DNA from: Octopus sinensis
Taxonomy: Eukaryota
DNA length: 64,000 nucleotides
Assembly (NCBI RefSeq): GCF_006345805.1
Contig: NC_043014.1
Coordinates: forward strand, 30,442,001 to 30,506,000
Direction: 5' to 3'
How positions within the stretch are numbered: the stretch's first letter is position 1; each line of letters begins with the position of its first letter. The notes under the pieces are model-generated. The model saw only the letters and a list, made by a program, of their open reading frames with translations, did not search any database and had not been told where the DNA came from. The position numbers were made by a program, and so were the translations under genes. Positions 37,506-51,100 of the stretch are shown piece by piece.

Positions 37506-39299
37506 CCAAAATATGTAGTAGGATATAACAAGCATTATGTGTCAACTGACCCTAATACCATTACTGGATTGTTTCATATTGTGTCTTGTTATTTGAAAGA
37601 AAGTTTTTCTAGTATTTCTTATGTAGCTTTCTAAAAAATTAACTGATAAGATTCCTCATGTAAATGGTATTAAACAAATATAAACAGAACAAATTTGGGA
37701 CAGAACAAAGAGAATAACAGCACCACTGGCAGAATCTGAACTATATATACATCACTTGTTAGGCAACTATGTCATAACTAATTAGATTATGGAGTGCCTA
37801 AAGAAATAATTTATAGTACCTAAAATGAGGAATGGAGAAAGGCAGTTTGTTCTATAAAAATGGTAATACAGTCATCTGGCAAGTAATACATATATATTTG
37901 AAATCTCATCTGCAAGCCAATTGTTTATTCTGTCTCAAAATGGTGTCAGTGACATCATAAGGGTAAAGACAATTCCAGTTTCTCTTAATAGGCAACATAA
38001 ACAAAAAGAAATTTTTGTACCCTTTCACACTGGCAGTGCCTTAACTGGTGTTTATGTCTAATATCTTTCAATGTATATATTTTGGATGGTGCTGTTTCTG
38101 CTCCCTCATTAAGTTACTTTAAATATTCATTTTAATCTGCATTGATAATGATAGTGAGCAGAGTGGTGAACAGGAAGACGGACAATTCTTCCTCAAATCA
38201 CACCCCATCTTCATTTGAAATAAGGAAAAAAACATTTTAGATAATGAAGTCTTTTTATCTCCTTAAAAAGACATCATGGCCATAGCTTAAATGTGTTTGA
38301 TTATAGGTTTCTTTCACTTAGGAATGACTTAGGATTAAACAAGGAAACCAGCTACAACTACAGACAGAAAGACCACATAGAAACACAGCCGGAGAAAAAT
38401 GAGGAGCTATACTATATGTAAATCTAAGCAAGAAGTGGAAAAGGAAGAGTAACTCAGACTGAAACAGAGTTGTCAAAGGATAGAGTAAGTATATCAGTAT
38501 ACCTCTTTGATGACTTGAGGGCTACCTTTTATCTTGAAGAACCAAGTGTACCTTATATGGTGATTTATAAGAAGAAGGATGAGGTAGAGACAAGGTGCAA
38601 GATAAACAGTAAAAAGACAAACAGGAAGAAAAGAGAAACAGTTAAAATTTCGATCTCAATGCCACCATAACCAAGTCTCACACATTTGATTACCTATCTT
38701 CCAAAACATGCTGCAATATGGGTCATTTGACCTTCTAAAAATAGCAGCCAAATTTCCCTCAAATCACACCCTCTAAATAAAAGGGAAGAATATATTGTGT
38801 GATGTAGTTCAGGGTACAAAATACCCTGGAAGTAAAAAAAAAAAATGAGTCATTACAGCCATAATGGTTTGGATCATAAATACGCCTTCTCAATGAGCCC
38901 AGGTGAAGCCGACCACGAGTGCAGATCTCAGTGGTAGTAGCTGACTTGGGGTTAAACAACAGCTATATTACAACTACCACTATCACTACTACTACTTGTA
39001 GTGATAGCAGTAATGACTACTATTTCTAGCATGTCAAACAATTACATGCTACAGCATGGAAAATAGGCAATAAAATGTGTAAGACACAAAACTATTTTTC
39101 TAGTTATGGTAGTACAAAGAAAGCAAGTTTAGCGGTTTCTCTTTTCTACATTAGTACAGCTAGCACTACTATCACTACTAATACTAATGATACTGTTTCT
39201 ACAACTGCTGAATAAATATTTGCAATAAAAATATTTAAATATTAAATTCATTAAAACGAAACAAAAGTTAAAGACAAATTATATTCTGTTCTCTGCATA

Positions 39300-41150
39300 T
39301 GCCCCACAAGCAAGACTGACAGAAGAACAAAAAGACTGTTTCTATGAAACCTTTCTGCAGATTACCTAAAAGATGACTGACAACAACTTCATTATTATGG
39401 CAAATGATATCAAAAGAGATATTGGTCAACATGATGATAGCTTCTGTGACATACATGGAGGTTACAGATATGGTACAAGAAATGAGGAGAGTGCAAGGGT
39501 CTTGGACTTCTGTGAGGCACTTAAAAAGATCCCACTGTTGGGCACAGTTTTATGGAAATTCTAAATTGAAACATGGGTGCAGCTTTAGCTATATGGTGAT
39601 AAGATTGCTTCCCAACCACATGGTTCCGGGTTCAATGGCATCTTGGGCAATTGTCTGGTACTCTAGTTTTTAGTCGACCATAGCCTTATGAGTGGATTTG
39701 GTAGATGGAAACTGAAAGACATTGTCATGTGTGTGTGTGTTTTGTTCATCACCACTGCTTGGCAACTGGTATTGGTTTGTTTACTTCCTTGTAATATGGT
39801 GGTTCAGCAAAACAGACTGATAGAATACATACCATGCTGAAAAAATAATTATTGGGAATGATTTGTTCAACTAAGCTGTTGAAGGTGGTGGCCCAGCATG
39901 GCTGCAATCCAATGAGTGAAACAAGTGAAAGATAAAAGATATGAGTGTAAGGAGAAAGATTTAGATAACCTGTAGCATAGACAAGTAGGAATTCCTCAGA
40001 AATAATCCACTTAAGACTACAAATCAGACATGTAACTGGGACAAAGTCCCACTCAAACTGAAAGTGATGTAGTGGTATAATGATATTGTTGATAAGGGAG
40101 TAAAGGCTAAGAGATAGGCTTAGAAAACCTGGAAGTAATGTGGTAGTTGAGAGCATTATCAAGTAGCTAGAAGGGCAGCTATGTGACAGGCATACTTGGC
40201 TAATGGTGAGGCAGGGAAAAAAAGGCATACTAGCCACCACTGTGGAAGACCAGAAAATGGCATGAAAGTGCTATATTAAGAGGCTGTTGAACTTGGTGAA
40301 TGCATAAGGCTACCTCATCCTGATCCTACAATGGGATCAGCAATAGTGAAAAAGGATATATGATTTCTACCCAGATAATGAATCAAGCAATACAGGAAGG
40401 TATCAATACCCAGTGACTGGCATAAATTGACACAAAGGCAAAGGAGATGCCTCAGAAAGAGAAAATTATAGCAAAATGAAACTATTGGACCAGGTTAAGA
40501 AGAATTATACTACAATTATATTACAATTCATCAGTAACAGACTAAACCAAGATGAGATGCAGTTTGGTTTCATGCCTGGCATAGAGACCATGAATGCAAT
40601 GTTCCTAGTGAAGTGACAAACTGGAGTAAAGCACTATTCCTGGTATTTGTTACAGAAGGTGTTTGATAGGGGACCATTTTCAGAAATTTGGTGGTCACTA
40701 ATGAAACTAGGTGTAAACTAATGGTTTGTGAGGGATTTACAAGCTATGTGAAAAGATGCAATAAACAAGCTGAGAACCAACAATGATTTCAACGATGAAT
40801 CTAGCAAGAAGGTAGGAGTCCATCAAGGTTCAATCCTCAACCGTCTATTATTCACCAAAGTCCAACAGACCATCACAGAAAAGTTTAAGACTGAATATTC
40901 ATGGAAACTCCTAAATGCTGGTGTAGTATGCAACAAAGAAGACTGCACTAGTATGGACATTTGATGGGTTTAGGTAAAGAAGTGCAAAGTGATCCAGGAG
41001 GAAGGAACTAGCAGAAAAAGAAGATAAAAGAACACATAGGAAGAAGTGATGAATACTGATATTAGGCTAAACTTCATGAAGGAGATAATAAGAGATCACA
41101 AATGAGAAGATACTCTGCTAAAGAGGATCAGTCCAAATTATGAAAGTATG
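39300..41150 (+). mobile_element. Decayed RTE-clade LINE (endonuclease and RT remnants), interrupted by SINE A at about 39570-39960
   Basis: EEQKDCFYETF..DIGQHDDSFCDIHGGYRYGTRNEESARVLDFCEA (APE domain); later IPSDW, GDA..RENY, DEMQFGFMPG, KVFDR, VGVHQGSILN.LLF (RT). Confidence 0.88.
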
Positions 41151-41985
41151 GAAAACCAAATGTTTCATAATGATGACAAATAGAGTAAAGTGTCATAAAC
41201 TGGTTGGAAAATATAACAATTAGCAATTATATGTCAATTCCATCTATTTCTTTATTAACGACTAACCATTATAGGATGCAAGCCACTTTTGGACAGCATT
41301 GCAATAAAATTCACAGTGATGAACAAAAACATATCACTTTGAATTGTGTGCCATTCAGGAATAGAAACACATTAAGGTAATTTTTGTAAAACTGAATGTC
41401 TTTCATCAAAGATAGATCAATAAAGACACAATATGACATTGCTAGTTAGTGACTATTTAGAGAAAATGAGCCAATCAACACTCCATATTCATTGACAAAG
41501 ACCTATGAATATGTAGCTCAAGGACAATCCCTACTATTGCTGTTGATTATCAAACATGATAGCAACTAAGTGAAAGCTTGGCTGCACTTAATTAAGAAGT
41601 CTACGTCTCACCTATGTGGTTCTGGGTTTGATCCCATACACAGCAACTTGGGCAGCTATATTTCACCATAGCAACAGGTTCACCAATATACTGTGAGTGG
41701 AATTTCGTAGATGCTAATTATGAGACTAGATGCATTCATATGTGAGTGTGTGTGTGTGTAAATCTCTTGCCCATATTTATTAGTGGAGGATGCAAATAAT
41801 TTTGAAAAGTCAAAAGAAAAAAAAATGTGCTTTTTGAATAAAGTTCCTTGTGATATTTGTTCTACACCAAATTACAGACATTCACTTCTCAATCTGAAAT
41901 ATGGTGAATCAACGATTGACTCATTGGAGATCTGTAAACAGTTATTATTTCTCAGTAACTGTGATAGAAGAACCAAAACTACTTT

Positions 41986-42034
<49 letters not shown>

Positions 42035-42421
42035 TACAGCTAAAAGATCTAACACTAAATACCTAATCATTAAGATTCAATGCAATCAGGATATGTTTCC
42101 TTTTCTTTCTTTCTGTATCCCTAATTTAATGGTTCAATCTTCTTACTGAGTTAAATCCCAAATACGCTGACGCATTCAGAGAAGCCAACTAAACCAAGTA
42201 AGCGTTTAACTTAATTCCTTTCTTTTCTTCTAATGCTTTTCCCTACTACGAAACACTTCAATAAAATGCATTGGTGAAACCTGCCCTGGTATAGTTAAGT
42301 TAACCAACCTTTTGATTTCTTTGACTGTTTTTATCTTTGTTTATCGTAAATTTGTTTTTGATTTTATTTCGTTTCAGCTAAAACTAGAAGAAGCAGAAGG
42401 AGGGGGGGGGGGAAGAAGAAG

Positions 42422-42452
<31 letters not shown>

Positions 42453-43208
42453 CACCATCTTTGAGAGTAACATTTTTCTCAGAGCACCACATGTAAAGTT
42501 CCATTAGTGCCTGTAACTGCACCATTTAAGTAATGTTACATAGAACCGACTTAAGTAATCTCAGACTTAACCAACAGATTAACATTAGATTGCAATGTAG
42601 AAAAGTGATTAAATAAATAAAATACTTCAAATCTGAGCATAATTACAAAGAAGTAAAAAGAGAGAAAGAGAGAGAGGGAGAAATGAAAAACTGCCTGACT
42701 CTAATAACCTATATCTATTTTAGCTAATCAATTATTTATAACTAAACTGATCTGGTATTTCATAAATACAATGATATTATATTTATTACATAATTGATAA
42801 TTAGCTGGTGTGTATTTGTGCAGAAAATGTGCAGCCAAGTATTAGAGCATACAATACTAAAACCATTTTTGTATGAAATGTCTAAATTGGATATATGTAT
42901 GAATGGATGAATAGACGGATGGATGGACAGAGACAGACAGATAGATAGATAGACAGACATACATACATACAGCAGTCATGAGGTTCATGAGATTGAATGA
43001 TTACTGGATCGTATACAGTACACCTCACTTATACATATGTGTGTGTGTGTGTATTATATATATACACATACACACACCATAATACACACACATACACATA
43101 TATACATATAAATACATATTGACGATAACAATGTTTTATATATATATATATATATAGATAGATAGATAGATAGATAGATACACACACACACATACATATA
43201 TATACACA

Positions 43209-44464
43209 CAGGGGTTGGACAAAATAATGGAAACACCTAGCATCATAATTTTGAAATATCTATAAAACCGTCAAAAGCTTGTTTATTTTTAGGTTTTTTG
43301 ATTTATTATTAGTGTTGCTTAATATCTTTTGCTAAAATTGCTGTTTCTTTACAGATATCATCAGAAAAAAGTAATTAAAATTCATTAAAATGAGAGATCT
43401 TTCAGACTTTCAAAAAGGTAAAATTGTTGGTGCTCGTATGGTAGGCGCTAGCGTAATGAAAACAGCCGAAATGTTTGGTGTTTCAAGAAGTGCTGTCTCA
43501 AAAGTAATGACAGCCTTTGAGAAAGAGGGAAAAACCTCCTTGACAAAACAAAACTCCGGAAGAAAACCAAAACTTTCAGATAGGGATGTTCGGACTCTTA
43601 TGCAAATTGTTAAAAAAGATCCCAAAAGTACAGCTCTAAAAATTACTACAGAGCTTAATGACCACCTTGAGAACCCAGTTTCCACAAAAACTGTTTGTCA
43701 GGAGCTGCACAAAGCCAGATTTCACTGGAGGGCTGCAATCAGAAAACTACTACTTTCAAAGACAAATGTCGCAAAGCATTTAGAGTGGAGTAAAAATCTA
43801 CAGAATTGATCCCTAGTGCAGTGGAAGAATGTTATTTTCTTGGATGAGTCATCTTTTATCTTATTTCTGATCACCAGCCAAGTATACATGTAAAGACAGC
43901 CAAAAGAAGCATTTGACCCAGACTGCCTTCTTCCAACTGTTAAGTATGGAGGAGGATCTGTGATGATCGGTGTCTATATCTTGGAAATCCGCCAGCCCAA
44001 TGGTTTCCCTTCATGGCAGAATCAATAGTCAAGACTACTTAAGCATTTTATCTGATCAAATTCATCCTATGGTTGCGGAACTGTTTCCAGAGGGAAGCGT
44101 AATCTTTCAAGATGATAATGAACCAATTCACACAGTTAAAGTTGTTACTGAATGGCACTATGAACATTCTAGTAAAGTTGAACATCTTATCTGGCCACCA
44201 CAGTTCCCAGATCTCAATATTATTGAACATTTATGGTGCATTTTAGAAAAACAAGTAAGGAGTAGATATTCTCCACCATCATCACTACAAGAACTATTTT
44301 AGCTGAAGAATGGATAAAAATTCCTTTGGAAACAATTCAAACTTTGTACGAGTCCATACTTCATAGAGTTCAAGCTGTAATTACTGCCAAAGGCGGTCCT
44401 ACCCCATATTAAAATAAATTTGTTTGAAATTTTAAGGTGTTTCCATAACTTTGTCCAACCCCTG
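43209..44464 (+). mobile_element. Full-length Tc1-family transposon (1256 bp) with disrupted DD36E transposase
   Basis: 30-bp TIRs CAGGGGTTGGACAAAATAATGGAAACACCT (2 mismatches), TA at the right end. ORF from 43390 (MRDLSDFQKGKIVGAR...SGRKPKLS) to GGPTPY* at 44411, with stops and a frameshift. Triad FLDES / QDDN / IIEHLW. Confidence 0.96.
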
Positions 44465-44492
44465 TATATATATATATATATATATTGACGAT

Positions 44493-44525
<33 letters not shown>

Positions 44526-46981
44526 CACAACAGGCCTCTTTCTATTTTCATCTACCAAATCTACTGACAAGGCCCAGAGCTATAGTAGAAGACACTTGCC
44601 CAAGGTGCTATGCTGTGGCACTGAACTAAAAGCCATGTGGTTGGGAAACAAACATTTTAACTACACAGCCATGTCTATGTCTACATATTACATCTATATG
44701 TATGTGTGTGTATGTGCTTACAAATGCACAAAGTGGTGGTAAGGAGAGGGTCCTGAGACAGGGGGCTTGAATCAGAGAATTGGTGTTTGTCACTTGTGCT
44801 TCTTTCATTCTTTTCATATTTTTTTTATTTTTTGTTACTTATATGCATACCAGAACAATAGTGAGTCTCTTCATCTGGCGCAAATTTGGAGCTACATATT
44901 TTGAGATAACCTTCAAGGACAAGAACCACAACACAATTAATTAGAAAAAAATAAGCTCTCAGATAATCATGAATTTAGAGTAATGTTATAAACATTATTT
45001 TGAAAGTAAATTTCCCAAAAAATTTCACACTTTATCATTTTTTTTCTATTCTATTCTAGTGTGTTCATGTTTCTATTTTGAAGGTGAATAGCTAAAACCA
45101 GAAAGTTTAAGCATTTCTGATATTGTGAAATTAATTTGACATTTTATTGAGGTTTGCTGGCCTTTTTTTAAGTGGATTGAAGATGTCAAATTTCTTTTTA
45201 AAATACCTTAAGTTGAATTTACAATTTTATGTCTGTTTTTATTGTCTTATTTTATTTTATTCACTTTTTTTTTGTCTCTTGTTTAAATCACTGATATAGT
45301 GATATAGTATTGTGGTGTCTGTGTCATGAGGATGGAATGAAATGATATAGTTCTCTGATCTTATTCCATTTCTATCGTTCACCTGCAATTCATTAGAATT
45401 AATCAATATTTCTTCTTTTTATTCATATTTTTATTAAAAAAAGGTTCCCTATTTCTATTTCATTTGAGGTGTGCATTCTTCATTGGCAGCATGCACTGGA
45501 TGGTTTAATAGGATCTACCAAGTTGGAAGTGCTGTAGCATACTCCAACATCTACTTTGGCATGCTTTCTATGGTTGGATGTTCTTAATGCCAACCAATTT
45601 ACTTTAATGACATAAAATTTCCAAATATCTTGGAGCAAGAATTCCCATCATTCTTTCTTATTGATATATTTTCAACCATGACATAAGAATGACACTTATT
45701 TTCAGAGAGACTCAATCACAACAAAACATTTATAACAACATCAAAACTCATTATTCTCAATCTATCAACTACATACTTTGATGTCACAGCTATTTGACAA
45801 TTTAAAAAAATTGTTTGATCTGAGGAAGAGCCAGAACTTGTCACTTTTACAGTTTCTCCAAGGCTAGTGACATTGAGATGGTTCGTGACCCCCACTTGAA
45901 CAGCTGCCAGATGAGAGCTGGAGGAAAACACTGGAATAGAAGTAATTCCAGAGAACTCTGATGTTTTAAATAAGAAAGAATGCTCTGTTATTCTTTTGTG
46001 AATTTAAGTTTCTTTCCTTTTGGTATATTTACGAAAAGGATACAAACCAATATAAGCTATTAGAATACTGACAATATTTCACTGCTTGTCAGACACTTTT
46101 AAACATCTAAGAGCACTTCACTTAAGAAAATGATAGATAATTGACCAATGTGGATCTTTGTGACAAAAAGAACTGCACCAGAGACAGTTCCCTTTCCATT
46201 ACAGACTCAATCATTCATGTGAGAAGTGGTAGCTCTTTGTGGACCACTTATCTGACACTAAAGAGGAAATCTAGACAGCAACCCATTAACTTGGCAAACA
46301 TGTGGAAGAATGTAGATGTCTATCACAAGCATCAAACAAATCAATATTCAGGAAGCTAGCATCCAGATTTTCTTTGTAGATTTGGAAACATCCAAAGATT
46401 TCCAGTGCAACAGACACATACACACATGTCTGTTCCATTTACATCACAGTAGGCTGAGATGTTGTTTACACATTTTACATAATATAATTGAAACTGTTTT
46501 ACACTCTATAACTGAAGCTTGTTTATATATATATATTTACAATATATAACTGGAGTAGACAGAACTTAATCCATTCTTGATTTCACATTGTTCTGCAAAA
46601 TACATATATAACAACTGCAAAGCAGTATTCCATCACAAACTTCACTACATGTCACTGGAACAATAAGCAAACACAATGTTATTCACCAAGTAAAGTTATT
46701 GCAGCAGCACTGTTCAAGAATTAAACACTGATAGAGCACAGTGTTTACTGATGAGTGACTGGTACTTGACACAATGCCGAAACATTCATAAACAGGTTTT
46801 ATACACACACACACACAATACACACATATACGTATATATATATATATGTGTATGTGCATCTTCTTTGCCTAACCCATTACAACATGGAGGCTGGACACTG
46901 GAAGATGATACGCACATACACACACATTAGTGTCTTAACTGCATATATACATACACACACGTGTGTGTGTGTATTTATATG

Positions 46982-47019
<38 letters not shown>

Positions 47020-47399
47020 AACACATCATCAACATCATTTAATGTTAGATTTTGGAGGAGGAGGAGAAGAGGGTGTTATGCATACCATACAAGCAAGTAG
47101 CATTACCATTGAAATATTCAGGTATCTCTTCAAGTCCCACATGTGTAGGGTAAACAAGCTGGAAGCACGTAGTCACGAATCTGCAAGTAGGCGACTCAAG
47201 ACCAATGTATTATTGACAGAACAGTAGCATGCTTTTGTGAGGTGACAAGCAACTAAGCAACCCCTTCTAGGATAGCACTGCTCACTCAGAAATCTGGGAA
47301 GGGTCCAGAAAAGATAACCCAAACAAATGTATGTTTGACCATCAAGCTGGTCAGCAACCTCCAGCTGATGATTGTTCACTAAAGTAGAGAAAACATGCA

Positions 47400-47800
47400 A
47401 GTAAGAAATACAGACGAAGAGTGAGAATGAGGAATATCAGGACACTTCTCCATCATGGAAGGATGAGTAACCCTGAGCAACAAACTGATGGCAACAGAGT
47501 TGGCTTGGTACAATATTGACACAGAAAGGAACTCCTATTATGGATGTTTAGAGGTAACAACAGTCAGAAGCTTAATCTCTGCAAAGCATTTTATATTCCA
47601 TCCATACCACATAACAAGGAAGGAAATATCTGCTGAAGATAGAATAGTCTGGTACTATATGGATAGTGTATTCTCATTCAACAAGAAATGCAGCATACAC
47701 ACATCTATTCTGAGAACAGCTGTGACAGATTATCTGCACACCTTACTCCCTCGTTTCTATGACACACTCTATTCTAACAACCCTATTGTAACAACTCCAC
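47400..47800 (+). mobile_element. Decayed RTE (BovB-like) LINE endonuclease 5' fragment
   Basis: RNIRTLLHHG..NPEQQT..MATELAWYNID resembles WNVRTLLD..RPERRTALVA.ELARYNID. Confidence 0.65.
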
Positions 47801-48145
47801 AAGTATGCTTAAATATAAATATTCTGTGCACTAAACACACACATCTGTGACATGCCAGATGATAGCATTACCAATTGCCCTGAGGCAGTTCTGCAATTCA
47901 ATCAGTTAAATTAATACTTATAGTCATAATGACAAGATTGTGGTTTCAATTCCTGGCCCAGGTGATGTGTCGCGTTCTTGAACAAAACAACTTCATTTCA
48001 CATTGCCAAACCACTCAGCTGGCAAAAATGAATAATCCTGTGACAGACCAGCATCCTGTTCAGGGGATGTGTGTGGAATATATGCACTACAGAATCCAAG
48101 AGACAGGCTTTATGAGTCTATGGCTCAGGAAGAATTTTTGACCAT

Positions 48146-48197
<52 letters not shown>

Positions 48198-51100
48198 CAA
48201 GGTGAAAGATGAAATAATTCCACTGATATGCAGACAGCATTGTAGGTCAAGAAAAGGAGATTCTCATGAAATGATGGTGTATGCATGTATGAGTGTATGG
48301 GGTTGTGTATGCATGTATGTGTATTATCATAAAAATGTCTATTTGTAGATAAGTGTACATTTAAATACTAATATTTGATAATAGTTATCTGTGTAGACCA
48401 TATACATGTATATAAACATAGTCACTAAAACCATTTTCTGAGTAGTTGCATACTGGTATAGAAATGGGTGGGGAGAAACAGGTAAAAAAAAATGTAGGGG
48501 AAAGAATATGGAATAAGATTTCTCCAAGTTTTCTGTCTCTTTCTGAAATAAAAATTCAATGAAGCATGGATATAAGTCACAATATCATTCAAATATGATT
48601 AGACTCGGCAGCTAGAAAAACCAATAGAAAGAAAACTTTTAAAAAAGAACAAACACACACACAAAAAATAAAAACAGTATCTTTGACATGTTATACCTGT
48701 TCATTCCTCTCACTTACCATGACCTTCAGAACAACATAGACTATAAATTAATTCATTTAGCATCAACATCAATAAATTTAACAGCAAACATTCAACAAAG
48801 AAAAATGTAGAAAGAATAAGATTATGTTTTATATTTCCAGTAACAAATTTTCTTTTTTTTTAAATGTGGAAAGTTTAGTTAAGTTATCACACCATACCAG
48901 TTACATCAACAGTATTCTAAATCCATTTCAGCCAATTTTACAGATTGGTTTTGTACGGTTTGGGAGAGCCAGTCTTGAAACTCATCAACAGCACAAGTAT
49001 GAAAAATATGGTAACAGCTCTTTGTCACTGACGGCCAGAAAGTGTCACATATGCTTATCATGCAAATCTTACTTAGTAGGAATGCAGGCTCTGCTTGGCA
49101 AAGAAAAGAATTATACTAAAGAACTCTTAGAAAAACTAAATTCACTATATAGGCACAGGAGTGGCTGTGTGGTAAGTAGCTTGCTTAGAAACCACATGGT
49201 TCCGGGTTCAGTCCCACTGTGTGGCACCTTGGGCAAGTGTATTCTATAGCCTCGGGCCGACCAAAGCATTGGGAGTGGATTTGGTAGATGGAGACTGAAA
49301 GAAGCCCGTCTTATATATGAATGTATATGTGTGTGTGTGTATGTTTGTGCGCCTGTGTTTGTCCCCCCAACATCGCTCGACAACCAATGCTGATGTGTTC
49401 ACGTCCCTGTAATTTAGTGGTTCGGCAAAAGTGACCGATAGAATAAGTACTAGGCTTACAGAGAATAAGTCTTGGGGTCGATTTGCTCGACTAAAAGATG
49501 GTGCTCTAGTATGGCCACAGTCAAATGACTGAAACAAGTAAAAGAGTAAAGAGAGAGTGGATGTACTCTCATAAGTACAGATATAAACTTGGACACCAGT
49601 GGATTGCATCACAAATATGTGTTAGAGCTTCCACCACCACAATCTGAGGGTTTAGAATAAGGTTTGCCACACCCAACTTATTACATACAAACACACACAC
49701 ACATACATACATGTACATGTCCACACATGATTTTAAGATTGACCATTATCTCATCCCCACTTCCTCTTCCCACATATATCAACCCCCACCTCACCTGCAC
49801 CCCAACCCCACTCTACAGGCATTTACCTCATGCATGGTGATGACACAGCCTGATTCCTAACCAAGGAGCATATCCCTAATGAATAACAAAAATTTCTCTC
49901 CAGGTTTTTCCCACTTATTTTTCATAGGCGTAGGAGAGGTAAGTAGCTTGCATATGAACCACATGGTTCAGTCCCACTGCATGACACCTTGGGCAAGTGT
50001 CTTCTACTATAGCCTCGGGCTGACCAAAGCCTTGTGAGTGGATTTGGTAGACGGAAACTGAAAGAAGTCTGTCGTATATATGTATATATGTTTGTGTGTC
50101 TGTGTTTGTCCCCCCAACATCACTTGACAACCGATGGTGGTGTGCATATGCCCCCATAACTTAGTGTTTTGGCAAAAGAGACTGATAGAATAAGTACTAA
50201 GCTTACAAAAAATAAGTCCTGGGGTCAATTTGTTTGACTAAAGGTGCTCCAACATGGCCACAGTCAAATGACTGAAACAAGTAAAAAAGTATTCCAGTTT
50301 TTAACAACACTCACAGACCAGATATGACACTTTCTGGTCTCCAATTGCAAAGAGCTATAGCCATATATTTCTTACCAGCCATTTTTACGTGTGCCAAGAT
50401 TGGTTTCCCCAAACTCTCATATATGAAACCAAATGGTAAAAATCAATGAAATGGATGTATAATACTGTATGGTATAAATATCTATGCACACTCTATTGAC
50501 AAATATACAAGTGCTGTTTCTTCTATCTCATTGGTTCTTAGACAACTATATATATATATATATATATGTGTATGTATATATAATTTACTGCTATAAAAAG
50601 TAATAGTGGAATATTGTGGAATAGATGTGTGATTCTTTGGATATTTGTGTCCAATCCAATTCCTGTACAAACTTACCTGTGATAGAACCAATATTCTATT
50701 CAGGGAGAAATTTTCTCATCTACAGAACCCTATAGAAAGTGGAGACTAACACTGACACCATGGATCTTTGTCATTCAGGAAAGGATTAGAAGTGAGATGA
50801 TATAAAAAAAAGGAACAGGAATAAGTGTGACAGAGAAGGCCAGGAAATAAAAAAGAGAGAGAGATGGAAGAAGAATTACAAAAAATGGGTTGAATGCTAA
50901 TATATAACTCAAGAGCAGAATTTCTCATAGAGGTGAGAGGGGCCATGGAAACTGAAAAAGGGAGGACAAATTTCCATGTTTAACAAAATTAGATAATTTC
51001 AAATTTTATAAGTTGTCCAACACCAGGGCAAAGAATTAAGAATTATATAATTCTTTCATTGCCATGCTGCTGGACAAGTTATTCCAGAATGAAAAATGCA

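Noticed and set aside
42340-42450. Strong plus-strand acceptor (TTTTATTTCGTTTCAG) suggesting an antisense nested gene
   Set aside because: It is followed by a G run and (GAA)n with no convincing donor or coding signal; unsupported without RNA data.
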